From the NCBI RefSeq assembly GCF_009834535.1, contig NC_045697.1, positions 67,892,001 through 67,956,000 of the forward strand: 64,000 bases of DNA. The letters are read 5' to 3'. The first letter of the stretch is position 1. Every line of letters begins with the position of its first letter. Under the pieces are notes generated by a model. The model did no database searches. It was not told the DNA's origin and was given only the letters and a program-made list of their open reading frames with translations. Position numbers and translations under genes: made by a program. Shown here piece after piece: positions 1 to 13,385 of this stretch. The DNA comes from Camelus ferus (taxonomy: Eukaryota).

Positions 1-879
1 CAATTTTTACAAATGCTAGAGCTTGCTACCTAATGGTGAAATCTGTATACTCATCAGTCTGGAAGGAGTTGTTTTTCTATTTATCGCTCTTAAATCTCTT
101 CAGTTTCAGGTGATACTTCAGTTAATATTTCAACTTATATTGATAGAAAGTGGAGTCATTGATTAATTAAGCTGCATCTTGACATAGCATCTTCTCACTC
201 TAATTTTACATGTTCATTCATTAAGCTCTCACCAACCATGTGAACTTTTTCTTTTTTGGGGGGACAATGATTCCTGCTACTAAATAACTTGGTTCTTGAA
301 ACTTTTCATTAAATGCAGCTTTTTTTCAAAATAAAATCTTTACTGAGTTTAAGATTTCAAGAACTATTTCTTAGTGCTTTCCTTATTAAGCTGACTGTGT
401 TTTGTAGTTGTGTCCTTTTGATCCTGTTGCTTCACTTAGACATTGTTTGCAACAAACCTTGTATAATAGGATTAGGTAACTTGGAATGTCAGCTCTCATA
501 AAAATAATTAGCTTTCTTGATAAAGATAGGGCTTTTTATTTGTTTGTTTTGCTGCTATAGTTTGTTTTTCACTTTGTTGCTCTGCTTCAGTTACTTTGAA
601 ATGATTTTGAAGATTGTGATTGTTTATTTCCAATCTTATTAGAGGTATCTGTAGACGCAAGCCTAGAATCCTCTTCCATTTCACACCTCATGTTCAGAAA
701 ACACCAGATGGGATATCAAATATGTTTGTAAACAGAAACATTAATAAAACAAACGGATAATAAATAATTTAAGAAGAGAATGACCAAAGTATTAAAACTT
801 CAGAACTCTTCCAATCTACACATCCACATTTTGCAACATTTGCAGTAATAGCAAAGTGGCAGGAGGACTCCTGACTTAA

Positions 880-1080
880 TGGTGCACAGAAATTCTGTCT
901 TTAGAATAAAGATAGAAGCTTTCTCTACCATGCTCCTCACTTCCTTCTGGGAAGTCACCAGAAGCATGTTTAAAGTCCACATTTCTGCTAACACTCTGTT
1001 GGAGGCAATCTAGGCTTTTTCTATGAAGTACTTCAAATTCCTTCCATTCTTTACCACTATCCAACTCCAAAGTCACTCCA
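880..1080 (-). mobile_element. MaLR (MLT1-int-like) internal fragment
   Basis: 'tttaaagtccacatttctgctaacactctgttggaggcaatctaggcttttt...ccaactccaaagtcac' resembles antisense MaLR internal sequence (recalled consensus); edges approximate. Confidence 0.5.
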
Positions 1081-1084
1081 GGAG

Positions 1085-1381
1085 CTGATACTGCAGCCCA
1101 CAGGTAGAATTTCTGCTTACCAGGGAAATCTCCATTCTGCTCTTAAGGCTTTTCTATTGATTGGATCGGTCACATGCAGATTATCAAGGATCATCACCTT
1201 TACATAAAGTTAACAGATTATAGATGTTAATCACATCCACAATATAGCATTACAGCAAAACTTCACTTGATCTTAGCCAAAAGGCCAAGAAGCGATACAC
1301 AGCAAAACTTAAAATGTGTGTCTGTTTGAATAACTGGGTCCTATAGCCTAGCCAAGTTGACACATAAAACTGATCATCATA
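1085..1381 (-). mobile_element. MLT2-type (ERVL) LTR fragment, interrupted by a U2 retrocopy
   Basis: 'gcctagccaagttgacacataaaactgatcatca' is the reverse complement of the MLT2 5' end (TGTGATGGTTAATTTTATGTGTCAACTTGGCT...). Confidence 0.75.
1264..1296 (-). pseudogene. RNU2: U2 snRNA 3'-truncated (tailless) retropseudogene, U2 nt 1-33
   Basis: Reverse complement ATCGCTTCTTGGCCTTTTGGCTAAGATCAAGTG equals U2 nt 1-33 with one CpG C>T change; flanked by direct repeat ACAGCAAAACTT (1252-1263 and 1299-1310). Confidence 0.93.
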
Positions 1382-2099
1382 GTAATTTAAGCAGTATTAA
1401 AATTAATTTCAATATTAAAACAGCAGCATTAACCCCAGGTATAGTACATATTGTTGTTTTATTATATCTAAAATGTTAAGAAGGAAGTTTTGAAAAACAG
1501 AAAGGATCTTGTACATTGATCTATCCTATCCCTATGTTACACAAACCTCTATGTGCAAGTTCAGTGTAAGATGCACTGAGATAAATACACTTGGTTACTG
1601 TGGACACCTAATTGGTAAGATAATGAGGAATACAGCCTAGGCATAGTAGAGAGGTAAAGTGAAGAGTAATGGACCAGACAGAATTTGTCAGGTACCTTGT
1701 CAGAGCACCTTTATCTCTTATCTTAGTTTTTCTTATAATTAGTGTCTTTTAAAATAGAGAACTTAATTACATTTGCCTTAAAATGAAACTATCTTGGAAA
1801 GAAATTCAATGAAATTTATACAAAGATTTAAAAAACCCTGATACCGGAAACTGAGTTAAAACAAGGTTTATTGTATACAGAAGAAGTAGAGCAAACTGAC
1901 CAAAATGTGTTAGAGTAAAAAATCTTATTTCTTGGTCTAAAATACTAATTCAATATTAATATTATCATATAATGACACATTGTAGCATTAGCAATAGGAG
2001 TTGTGTCTAACTTAATACAGGAAACTGGAATTGTAAACTATTAAAGATAAAATGTATGGTCTCAGAAATTAAAGATAATACGATAGGCCTGTGCAATTG

Positions 2100-2575
2100 A
2101 TACTTATAGATATGTGCATTCCTGTATAACATCATAACATGGACTTTGAGTATTTTATTTTTCAAGTCACAAATATTAATTTTATGAATGCATTTTCCTT
2201 TTATAAAATTCAACATGCAAATAAATTCTGTATCAGCTATTGCTCTCAATCCTAGTTCATTCCTTACAGAAAACCACTTTATCAATTTTATTTCAGAAAT
2301 TATTCTATATACAAGCAATATACACACAGAGATCAATCCATTATGTTTGTAATTTTTTTTACATAAATCATGATGTACTATTTCTGTAACTCCCCCACCA
2401 ACAGATTATATGTTTTAGACATCTTTCCATGACAGTTAACATATATCTTACTTATTTTTTGTCAACTAATGTATAGTATTCCATAAGCAGATTCAGCTAC
2501 AATTTATTCAGCTAGTTTCTTTAGGATGGACATCTTGATTGTTTCCAAGTTTTTGCTATTACATACAATATAGCA
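2100..2575 (-). mobile_element. Degraded old L1 (L1ME-like) 3' fragment
   Basis: Old L1 3'UTR antisense phrases 'gtatagtattccat' and 'gatggacatcttgattgtttccaagtttttgctattac'. Confidence 0.45.
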
Positions 2576-2577
2576 TA

Positions 2578-2748
2578 TTTTCAGGTTCATCTGGAGGACT
2601 TGTTATATATATATAATATACCCATCCCCAGAGTTTCTGATTTAATATGTCTGAGATAAATCCTGAGAAATTACATTTCTGAGAGGTCCCCTGGTAATTC
2701 TGATGGGGGAAGGTGATGGTCCAGGGGCTATACTTTGAAAACCACTGC
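2578..2748 (-). mobile_element. MER5A (hAT-Charlie) MITE
   Basis: 'catctggaggacttgtt...cccagagtttctgat...ggtccaggggctatactttgaaaaccactg' matches the MER5A reverse strand. Confidence 0.75.
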
Positions 2749-2761
2749 ACTAAATAACCAC

Positions 2762-2925
2762 TGAGTGCTAATCAAGCCATGGTCCATGAACCACCACTAG
2801 TAGCATCACTGGAGCTTATTAGAAATACAAATGTTTGAGTCCCACCCGGCCAGTTCTACTAAATAAAAATCTCAGTGCTTTCTAACAAGTCCTTCATCTG
2901 ATTCTTATGTTTTCTCAAGTTTCAG
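2762..2925 (+). mobile_element. MER5A (hAT-Charlie) MITE
   Basis: 'tggtccatgaaccacc...agcatcactggagcttattagaaatacaaat...cccaccc...aacaagtccttcatctgattctt' matches the MER5A forward strand. Confidence 0.7.
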
Positions 2926-3183
2926 GCATGCGGATGCAGCTTAGGCTTTTGCAACTAAGATTCACACTGGCATTGGAAACCTTATCCCCGCCACTCTGCT
3001 ATTTACTATGACATGCATTACATACTGTGATTGGGCACCAGAACAAAATTTTAATTAGTTCTAATATACATCAGACAATTAATTAGAATTTTTATTATTT
3101 TTAAAATAGATCTATCAAAAATTAGAACTTCAATATTGTAGGAAAAGCTTACATGTTTATTAATAATTTTAAATTCTATACAT

Positions 3184-3369
3184 TCACTGTTAAATAGGGT
3201 AGCCACTAGCCACATGTGTCTATATCTACATTTAAATGAACTAAAATCAAATTAAATTTAAAACCCAGTTCGTCAGTCACAGGGCCCCCATTTCAATGCT
3301 CAATACCAGTATGTGGCTAGTGGCTACCATATTTGCATCATCACAGAAAGTTCTATGGAACAGTGCTGT
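3184..3369. mobile_element. MER3/MER33-type hAT MITE
   Basis: Internal inverted repeats 'ggtagccactagccacatgtg' and 'tatgtggctagtggctaccatatt'; terminus 'agaaagttctatggaacagtgctg'. Confidence 0.8.
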
Positions 3370-4124
3370 TCATAGGCATACCAAGGATATGTTTTCTTTC
3401 TTCTTTCTTTCTTTCTTTTTCAAAATAAGGTTCAGCTCACTACATTCAAAACATATTGACTCTGCTGCTATGGCAACTGTGAGGCATTTCTTGCAGTTTT
3501 CCTTAGAAGAGCTACAAAATATTTCTAAAGAATAGAAGTATATAAATAACACTACAATTATGCTTTCTTTTAGAACACATATATACTGTACATTCATAGT
3601 TTTGTACTTGAAGGTTATTAAAATGCAACTTGTAATTTATCCACTGCTTTCTCTTTCTCCAAAGGGCTCAGTCCTTAGACAATTTGAAACTAATTCCAAC
3701 TTTCTGGCTTTTATCTGTCCCTTTATACTCTCTGTAGTGTTGTAATCATGTCTAACTTACTCGAACTTTCTAGGCTTCTTTTCACTCTGGACTGTAATAA
3801 TGAACTTTGCTTCTCTGTGCTGAAGTCGCTGGAGACGCAAGGGCAAATCAAATGTTTCTTGTGTTAAAAATAACGTTTTACTTTAACCAAAATCCTAGGA
3901 CTAAGATATATTACTTATAAAATTATGTCGAAGACATTGGATAAAGATAATCCCTCGTGTTTAGGTGCAGCTCAGTAAGTACCACTATTTTTACAATTCT
4001 AGGAAGAAGTCTGACTCTCTCTAGTGTCAAAGTTGCTCTCTGGAAGCAAATTCATTACTCAGGGATGATCAAGACTTGTAGAGCACTGGAATACCACCAT
4101 GACCCATTATGTATAGTATTACAA

Positions 4125-4335
4125 CTGAAAAATTCCTAAAAATTCAAAGTACTTTGGTAAAATTGTGGCAAACTCATTTGGTGGTAAAATATAACCTGAT
4201 CTGATGGGAAGGGATGTTATTTTTAGCCTATGTTAATTCCATACAGTCTAATTATTCATACAATTTGTTTAAGAAATACAATTATGTTTGATTATGGGAT
4301 GTTACCTCAGACCCTCCTGGGAGTATTTATGTACC
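4125..4335. mobile_element. TcMar-Tigger-like (MER46C-like) fragment
   Basis: 'ggcaaactcatttggtggtaaaatataacctga' and 'tgtttgattatgggatgttacctcagaccctcctggg' resemble the recalled consensus; family uncertain. Confidence 0.4.
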
Positions 4336-6524
4336 AGCTTCTTCAATGGACTATTGCTTTGAGTCTCAAAGATGTAATTTTTAGAAGGCAAAGGGCAAAG
4401 ATAGTAGCACTCATATAATCTAAAAAGGTTAGTATGTTATGGTTGAGAAAAGAGTATCAAGAAGATTCCAATTTGATGTATTTGAGAAAATGTTATACAA
4501 GACATTCTAAAGTCTAGTTTAGTCTTGGCTCAGATACTTAACCAGTTTAGTGACTACAAAACTCTCAAAGGCATGGATTCCTTGGAAAATCCAGTGTTAT
4601 TTTTTACTTGGATTAGTTTATGTACTCATCTTCTTCTACAACTGTACCACTGAGTCATTCATGCTCAGAGTGAAAGGTGAGATCTATTATCAGAAATAAC
4701 TTGAAATATGATAAAATTACATGTTCCTCCAATTTAGAAGAATAAATAAGACCTTGAATTTGACTTATCATGCCTATTTTTAAAATTTTATTTTCAATGG
4801 TAAGAAATATGCCTTATTAGCTAATAGTACATAATAGCATGGCTCAGATAATATTTTCAGGAAAGAACAAATGGAAGGAAAATTCCTCTTTTAAGACTGA
4901 TGATACATCCTGCTGTATTTCCAAAGATTATATACAGTCATATAATATTTTATCTCATTTATAAACATTCAAATCTGTATTTATAATATGGTCGAGAAGC
5001 CTCTCACAGCTGCAAGGGGTCAGGAGTCCCAGCTGGAGAAGGTGGGAGGCACATGACTTTCAGAGTGGTTGGCATTACAGATAATGGAGGTCATTGTTTC
5101 AAGGTATTCCTCCTTGGGATGAGAGAAATTGCATTGGTGGAAGAAGGAGAGAACTTATACTAAGAAATTATCCCTGTTGCAAAGGCAATTCTGAATTGTA
5201 TTTAAATGTATGTACTCATAATTCGGAATTGTGCATTGATAGCTAGCCATTCAATAGACTATTTCTGATCAGCATTTTTTCTGATTTAATATTTAATCTT
5301 GCAAATACTTGCACTGAACAATACAAATTGACAAATCAGGGAACATACTGGATTCCATTCCATTCAAATATAAGGTCAGCAATGGAGGGGTAATAACTTC
5401 TTGGAGACTGGAAGAATACTTATTAAAACTAAGTTGAACAAAATAGAAAATTAATATAAATAAGTAAACTATATGTAGACAAAAATGTTATTGTCCTGAG
5501 AATTCATTTTCCCCTAAAACTAATATACTTAATGCAGTTTAAATTTATCTAATTTTATAATATTTTACTATAAACACATAAATGTTAAAAAAACTTTCAA
5601 TAGTCATAGCAATGACATATAATGCTATTCATAAACAAAAGTCTTCTGAGATACTCAAAACATGCTACTAATGTCATGTTAATGATCATCTCCACATTAA
5701 AATTCCGTATCTTAAAAATGTCTCTCTTCAAGAATAATTCAGAAGTCTTCTAAGATATAGAAAATGTCTTGCTGATACCAGTGGTAAATATTACACTTAA
5801 TTATTTTGGATAAATCTCTTAAAATATATAATACTTAGTATAGGTTAAAATCAACTTAAATTACTAAGCCGAATTCAAATAGAAAGCATTCACTAAATAT
5901 TATGTACTCTCATTTTACTAAAAGCCAAGTTCCTTTCCTCCCACACTATGTGGATGACCAATTTCCACTTTATTTTCAGAAAGGATTAATGCTTTCATTC
6001 TTATAATCTAATGGCTATCAGCAGCTTTATAATGCATAGATATTCATATATATCTATTTCAAAGTAATAAAATAGTGTTAACATCTAGAATAAACATTTT
6101 GACTTCAAAATGTCACACTATCCTTACATCAGTTAGTGTTTTGTTTGCCACCATTATTGTAATTTCCACTTTCAACTGTTCAAGTAGGTATACATTAGAA
6201 CACAATTTTTTGGCTCAATAAACTGAACAGTTAGAGCTGCCTCCAAATTTCATTGATTACCTCCTGAGGTAGTAAATTGCTCCTCATCGAGAGCTTTGAA
6301 CTGGATTCTGGTTGGTGAACTACTGAATGAAAAACATAAATTTGGAGCTATAATAGTTTTCAGAGCAGCAAGCCTTGAAATCAGTCAGCGTAAGATTCAA
6401 CTAGTTAAAAAAGGTGGTTTCCAGTACTTTATCTCAGATAATAATTTTAAACCAGAATGCTTGAAAAGGAACTTTCACTGAGTACTCAGATTACACTCAT
6501 GCAGATGGCCAAAGGACCACGTCT

Positions 6525-6680
6525 TGGGAGGCCTCAAAGATTATTGGGTTCAAATCGCAATTTGCTGGTGAGGAAATGGAGCACAGTGGTTAAATGAATT
6601 TGATGTAAATCACAGGGGTAATTAGTTCTTCACCTGGGCCTCAAAATAACATTTCCTGATTTCTATTCCAGTGCTCCTAT
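6525..6680 (-). mobile_element. MIR SINE fragment
   Basis: Degenerate core 'ggtgaggaaatggagcacagtggttaaatgaatt...atcacag...tcctgatttctattccagtgctc'. Confidence 0.45.
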
Positions 6681-7139
6681 TTTTAAATCAGTCTTCAAAT
6701 AAGTTGTGTGGAGCATCTTTCTAAAATTTGCTAATGTGCAGATTGTTTCAAATGGGGAAAGTTCTAACAGATTCTCCATAAGACAAAATTTTCTTGTTAT
6801 GTTTTTAAATACAAGTGTAAAACAGAAACTAAGTTAAGTTTAAACTTTTTATGTTCGTGTTTTCAGTCCACCTCAGAAACGAAACCAATTCATAAACAGA
6901 ATTTTATATTTGCTTAACAGCAGCTTGCATAGTCGTTACCATAAATCAGTCACTATTCTGAGAACTTTAATATTTGTAAACATTAAGAAACAAAATTATT
7001 AATACTTTCACATTAGCAACATTAATTTAATGTTGCAGAGGGTATCACTCTGCTGAATTTAAATTAATGCCTACAACCTGGATATGGTAGTAACTGTTCT
7101 GGGACATATCCTTTGAATGTGCCTGTTCTACAACTAGAA

Positions 7140-7345
7140 ATAATAGTGTCTAACCTTTATTGAGTGCTTATCATGTTCCAAACGCTATTCTAGCACATTA
7201 CATTTTAAACTCACTGAGTATTCACAATAGTCTTATAAAGAATGTATTATTATATTCCCCAACTTTCACTGAGGAAGCTGAGGTAGGAAGATGTGAAACC
7301 ACTTATTCAGATTAGCAAGTAGGGATGCCTGACTGGAGATTCTAT
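7140..7345 (-). mobile_element. MIR SINE
   Basis: 'tttattgagtgcttatcatgttcca...tattattatattcccc...tgaggaagctgagg'. Confidence 0.7.
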
Positions 7346-9479
7346 TGTCTTAGCGGTTACTATCTAATGCCTCTGACTGCGGTATGTCACATTCTACTTC
7401 AAACACCCACTACTATTATCTAGCTCAACTACTGTAAAACTGTCATTTGTACAGTGCTTCTTGACCACATTTCATCTTCACTGGGTGCAAATTTACATGT
7501 TAATTGGCCTCAGTCATTTTCTTGGTGGCACTAGACACAAAGCAGTACATTTCACTGCCTATCTTTGCTGTGATGTATAATGAAAGCCTCTATTTATTAA
7601 TTTTGAAAATCAAAGTCCTTTTTTTATAAAAATGGCTCTCTGTTGTGCATATAATTTTGACCTTCATAACTGATACAATAATATGAGTATAACAGTGAAA
7701 GTAGGAACATTTCTGTCATTTGGATATCTGGCTTTATCAACCTGAGACAAAACAGAAATGGTAACCCAAACACTAAAAGTCAAATATTGGCTCTTAGATA
7801 ATCATTATGATTCACATGTGAATGCAAATACAGGTATCAAAATCATAAAGAAAATCTAAGTGCTTTCTGGATTTATTTATCATGGACAGTAAATACCATC
7901 ATTAAAAAAAAAAAGTTGAGGATTTGCTGATCTCCAAGGACACAATCAGATACTAGTGGCACATACCCTAGTGAGAAAACTGAATAAGACTGTACAGCCC
8001 TCTCACGTTCAGAGTGTATGAATGTGCAACTGCTGTATGATTGCACACCTACAGTCCTTTTTGGATCAATTAACTTTTGTTTGTTATTTTGAGACTGCAA
8101 CACAAATTCTGATGCAAAATATGGCTCCCCAGATATTTCCATTAGCAGATTACATTGTCCTTATGCTTCAATACAACACTGCTTAGGAAAATTTGTGATG
8201 TCAGCAATTGCCCTATAAAGCTCTCTTAAGTGTCACATTAGGGTCCCTTCCCTCTCTTAGGGTCCTCCGCCCCCAGTTCTCACTCCATGTTTTTTCTGAA
8301 CTTACATTTTGGTGTCCTGTCTAGGGATACATATTCTTTCTAGCCCGTAACTCAAATTCGAGGATCCTGCTTTACATTACGTTGTTGATGACTAATATAA
8401 TAGCTCCATGAATCCAAATTAATTACAGTGGCACATTCAATTTTCAATTGGAGGATTCCACTACTGTTTAAGTTTTAGCTCAAAAAATGTAATTGCTGGT
8501 TGCAGAATTTCAAATGTAAACATGGTAGGGTGCGTGGTAAGGGAGGCACTGTAGAATATATATAGTTTTTTCTAGGATGGTATGATATGTATGTATATAC
8601 CATTTCTGAACCTCTCATCTATACCAGGTAGGCAAATACACATTCTATCCGCATGTGAGACCACCTGGGTTCTCACCTGAATTGTAGTAACTTTTAAGTA
8701 AAGTGTCAATTTCATTGATACATTTGCATGAACTATGAATTTTAAAAGATAAATTATTAAATCTCCTCAATATTAGTCAAAAGGAATACCTTTTCTATAA
8801 TATGTAGAAACAACATGAAAAGATGGTGGACTAGTTATTTCTAGTAAGACCATTTGTATATCACATTTTACACTAGGAACAATAGTAGTGAATGCTAGTA
8901 TACTGGGGGCCAGGCTTCAAGCTTTAATAGGAGGTGAGTGTGACACACAATAGTCACAGGAAGAGATGGCTTGTCACTCATAATTCAAGAACAGATATAT
9001 CTGTATGATTTTTAGGGACTAATAAAAAGCAAATATATCAAATACTATATATCTGACTTTTTAATTTTTTCAACATCCTGAATTTTTAACAAACTTTTCA
9101 TTTTCAAAACAGACATTTCTATGTCATAGAGAATCATTTAATTGGGAGCAAAATGTGGACACATAAAAATAACACAAATAGAGATGAAGAATTATAACTA
9201 AAGAACCAGTTTAAACAAGTAGTTATATGGGCTTTTATTTGATACAGTAGTTATTTGTGTATTTCCCATTTAAATTTTACCTTATTTTATACTTGATGGC
9301 AGTGTCTCTTTTTGTTTTTATAGACTTGTCTTTAAGAGAAATAGGTTTTGAAGAAAATGCTGTTACCATATGTCTATCTCTTACAACTAACCTTGCTGTA
9401 CTTGGTACCACTATTTATTCTCAATTAAAAAGTTTTCATTCCATGCCCTCCCTTTAAAGACCTTCTTGACATCTTCAAA

Positions 9480-10350
9480 TTTGATAAGCAGAACATCTGT
9501 GTCTATATTAAACACTAAATTAAGGTCTCTAATATATCTAAAAATCAATATTTTCAAACTAATTCCTGAGTTACCTCCAAACCTGGCCCGCTATTATAGT
9601 GAAGTTAGCACCACCATTTTGCTAGGCAAATCATAAATTCAAGTGTCATCTTAGATTCCTTTCCTCCACTTGCCTTGCATAGCAAGCCCTACACCAGCCC
9701 CTCCTAAATACCCCATGAATCAGTCCGCTTTCCTCCGCCTCCACTGGCAGTGCATCAGTCCCAGTTACTCTTGTCTGGACTGACACTATAGTTTTCCAAC
9801 TGGACACCCCAGATTTGTGGCATTCTCCAACCAACTATCTAAACCATAACCGCCAGAGAAATCTTGTGAAATGTAAATCGAATTACATAATCCCCTACTT
9901 AAAAAAGTTATCTTAGGATAAAAATTAAATCCAACAGTCCTACCCACAATCATTTCCTGCTTCACCTTTCTTTCTTACTTTCTTTCTTGCTCTCTGTGTC
10001 CAGTCCACCCTGGAATTCTTATGCCTATGAAACTCACCATGTTCCTTTTCTCACATCATCTTTCCTTCTCTACTCTTCCCATCCATGCCCAGTTAATTCT
10101 TGTTCTCTTTTCAAATCATAGATCTGTCATCACTCATTTTGTGATATGCTTCTCTGACTTCCCAAATGAGGTTAATGATCAACACCCTGGCACTGTGTGC
10201 ATTTCTTCTTTACAGAAACATCTATAGAGACAATTTCACACACACAAAACATGGCTCACTGATTAATTTCTCACTTTTCTATAAAGTCCATGAGCTATCC
10301 TTTACTCCCTCATTACTGTATCCCCAGGATTTTAGTAGTATATAAAGTGG
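9480..10350 (+). mobile_element. L2 LINE 3' region
   Basis: L2 phrases 'gtcatcttagattcct', 'gccagagaaatcttgtgaaatgtaaatc', 'ttctctgacttccc', 'cattactgtatccccagg'. Confidence 0.65.
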
Positions 10351-11359
10351 CATTTGCTATATATAGGTTGTACAGCATTAAATTCTGAATGCTGGTATAC
10401 TACATGAGGAAGGATCATGTACAGATATCCTACTCAACATTTCCTAACTTTCTAATATTACCTGTATTGGAAGATGCTTCTCTGCCTTTGGACTCCTAAT
10501 GAACTCCCTATCTAGCAATTCCCGTGGGCCTGTTCATGCAGTTCCTTATATAGATTTTATTTGTATGTGTACTTAAAGGATCCCACCAGATACTAAATTC
10601 CTAGAAAGTAGAGATTGTTACAGATCTTCATTGTTGCTAACTCTTCAGGCCAGCATTTTACACACAGTACTTTGAACATAATAAACACACTAGCTCACTA
10701 CATAAATTTAGAAAAAAAAAAAAACACCAAAGCACTGGATTGTTTTATATCTATTGTCTCTTCCATCAATTTCAAATTCATCTGGAGAATTTTTAGTATC
10801 ACATTTGAATGAAGTGTGTGGTCCTCCCTCTTCTACCTCATTCCCTTCACCCCAATATATTGCCCATATCAGTGCAGGCCTTATCTATTTGTGTATTCAT
10901 GGGGATAAGTCACTGTGTTTCAATAACGTGGAGATTAGCAGACATTTCTCATTCATTGCCAAAGTGAGTTTGTCTACATTTTTTCAAAAAAGAAAAGATT
11001 TTAACAGGTGTTTTATAAGCATTTTAAATATAAAATTAAGTAACTTCAATAATGCTATTCCTGATAAGTTAATTGTATGTAAACTAGAAGACAACAATGA
11101 GAAATTTAAAAAAAGATTAAAAATATAGGTTATAAAGGGAAATTTATACCCTGGTAGTTTAGAGGTTAACATGAAATTGGCTTTCAGAATGCTGCTATTG
11201 AGGGTTTCTTCAAGTCTTTCATTTTTATAAGTTCCAATTCAAGTTGGACTCTCACATTAAAGCAAAACTCAAATCATTTTTATATCCTGTGCCTCTAGAA
11301 AAAGTCTTACAATAAAAAAGAAATTGCGCTACAAGGCCTTTATTTTTATGTCCAAACTT

Positions 11360-11895
11360 GTGTGAGTGTTTTCTTGCTGGACATTTATAAATCAAGCTAG
11401 GTCTCTCCAGATGACCTTTAGTGACAGTCTTTTAGCTGTCTCCTGTTATTTTGCTTTTTCCTTCTCAGAACTGAAGCCAACATAATTTCTTGTCTCTGTG
11501 TCGAAGAATGCTGAAACCAAGCAAAAATATCCCAACTGCTTTCTCCAAGAAATTACCTTTTCCTAGAAGATAAGCCTGAACCAACTAACAGCTCACTTAT
11601 CACCACTAAAAGCTTGCTCATCAATGCTTGTTTGAAGACACTCACTCACTCTGATCCCCAACCTAAAGATGCTAGGTTATAAATTCTTCCCCAAACCAAC
11701 CATTTCCCTACTTATCAAGACCCACCTTAAAATCATCCAGCCTAGACACAAAAGCCCTATAAAACTCAATAAATATCTTCCCCTAAGGTACTCCTAAGAA
11801 TCTTCATAATGGAGTTCTACTTTACTGCACAAGTCTAAAGCTTAGAATTATTTGATAAACAAGTATTTTTGGTGGTCTTTTGAAAGTTCAATAAT
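11360..11895 (+). mobile_element. Old ERV1-class solo-LTR-like element, family unassigned
   Basis: LTR layout with 'ccctataaaa', AATAAA and a U5-like end 'ttgataaacaagtatttttggtggtcttttg'; edges approximate. Confidence 0.5.
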
Positions 11896-11929
11896 CAATA
11901 TTTGTATTATTTTCCTATATTTCCTCTTG

Positions 11930-12090
11930 AAATAGACCTCTGGTTTCAGATGCTAGCCTTGCCTCTTGCTTATTACTGGATGAGCCTGACTATAAGTTAT
12001 GTACATCCCTAAGCCTATGTGTGAGGAGCAACATGGGACCCTCACAGGATTCTTCTGAGAGTAAATAAGGAAATGTACAAAGAATATTAA
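11930..12090 (+). mobile_element. MIR SINE fragment
   Basis: 'ttactggatgagcctga...ccctcacaggattcttctgagagtaaataaggaaatgtac'. Confidence 0.5.
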
Positions 12091-12094
12091 CTAA

Positions 12095-12280
12095 CACATT
12101 TCCAGATGTATTGACACATTTAATTCTTAACATAACTCTGTGAATCATTGTCTACTTTCTATAGATGAAGAAACTGAGGTACATAAAAGTAAAATAATTT
12201 GCCCAAGGTCACAGACCTTATAACTAGCAACACCAGCATTCAAATCTGAGCAGTCAGCTCTCTAGCCCATGGCCTGAACA
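12095..12280 (-). mobile_element. MIR SINE
   Basis: Core 'atagatgaagaaactgaggtac...taatttgcccaaggtcacag...attcaaatc'. Confidence 0.8.
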
Positions 12281-13385
12281 CATGGAGAGTCATGCTTATT
12301 GGTTTGGTTCAGTCCTACCTTGGCTGTGGGAAGAGGTTCCTCCATGTGCTCCGAGTCCTATTCAAGTTATTCCAGATAGCATCACAATCATTTTTGTTGT
12401 ATAGCAAATGTCAAATCCTTTTTGTGAATAGTTAGCCTCCAGTGACTAGAGATCAACTGAGGACATACAGTCTCACTCCTTTCCCCACTCCTGGCCCTAC
12501 CTATTTTTCTGAGGGGAAGATAGTCCAGCAGGCATGTCTGGAGACTTATCACAGTATACCATCTATGTCTGTCCTGAAATTGGTTCTTTTCTTCCACAAA
12601 GATAAAGGCTCAAGGGAGGAAAATTACCCTCTACTTGCAAGTGAAAAAAAAAAAAAAAAGAAAAGAAAAAACACAGAAAAAACTAAATTAATACTTGAAA
12701 TTTGACTTAAACATGGCAGTAGTGGTAACAGCAGCAGGAGCAGAAGGGTAGGAAGAGCAGTAGTTGTGGTAACAGTAGTAGCAGCGACAGCGACATTAAG
12801 TGGTCCTATCACTGACTTACTCAGCTCACAAATGTGGACTGGCTGTGTGTTACGCACATGGCATTGTGCTTTGTCCTGGGGCTGCATCCTAGGAATCTAG
12901 TATTTCCTCATCGGTCCTTTTCTTTTTCTAAACTTTGCTTACATTTCTATGGTTCAACTACCCTGTTTGTGATAGAAGCTCAAATCATTGTATCAAATCC
13001 CCATTTCTCCTCTATGCAGCAAAAATAAAAGCCCACTGACTGAAGTATTTCTTTCCAAGAATGAATTAGAGACCCAAAATGCACAGAAAAGAAAGTATAT
13101 ATTGTCATCTCCAAAATCCAGTCCTTTGTTGTCTGTCTAAATGCACTGCACTGCCTCCTGTTCAGTTGCTCATTGTAAGTCTCAACACTGAGTCTATGAC
13201 TAGCCTAGGACCCCAAACTGCAATTTCTGTTGCCTAATATTACTTCTATGGCTGGCCTGTTATCTCACTTGTCTTTTGCGTCACCACATGCACCACACTT
13301 TTTTTTTCTGTATATTGTTACCTCCACTTTCATATAAGAATCCTGGAGACAGAAATCTATTCCTACTTTTTCTAAAAAAAAAAAA

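Noticed and set aside
6265..6279. let-7/miR-98-like TGAGGTAGTAAATTG
   Set aside because: Similarity ends after 15 nt and there is no downstream complementary 3p arm. The only pairing is a 2-nt-loop palindrome TACCTC-CT-GAGGTA, so this is treated as chance.
6867..7000. + strand exon after 'ttttatgttcgtgttttcag'
   Set aside because: Good acceptor but no convincing donor, partner exon or recognisable peptide in any frame.
12715..12800. AGC/AGT-rich stretch giving poly-Thr/poly-Leu ORF text
   Set aside because: Degenerate trinucleotide low-complexity sequence next to an A-run, not coding.
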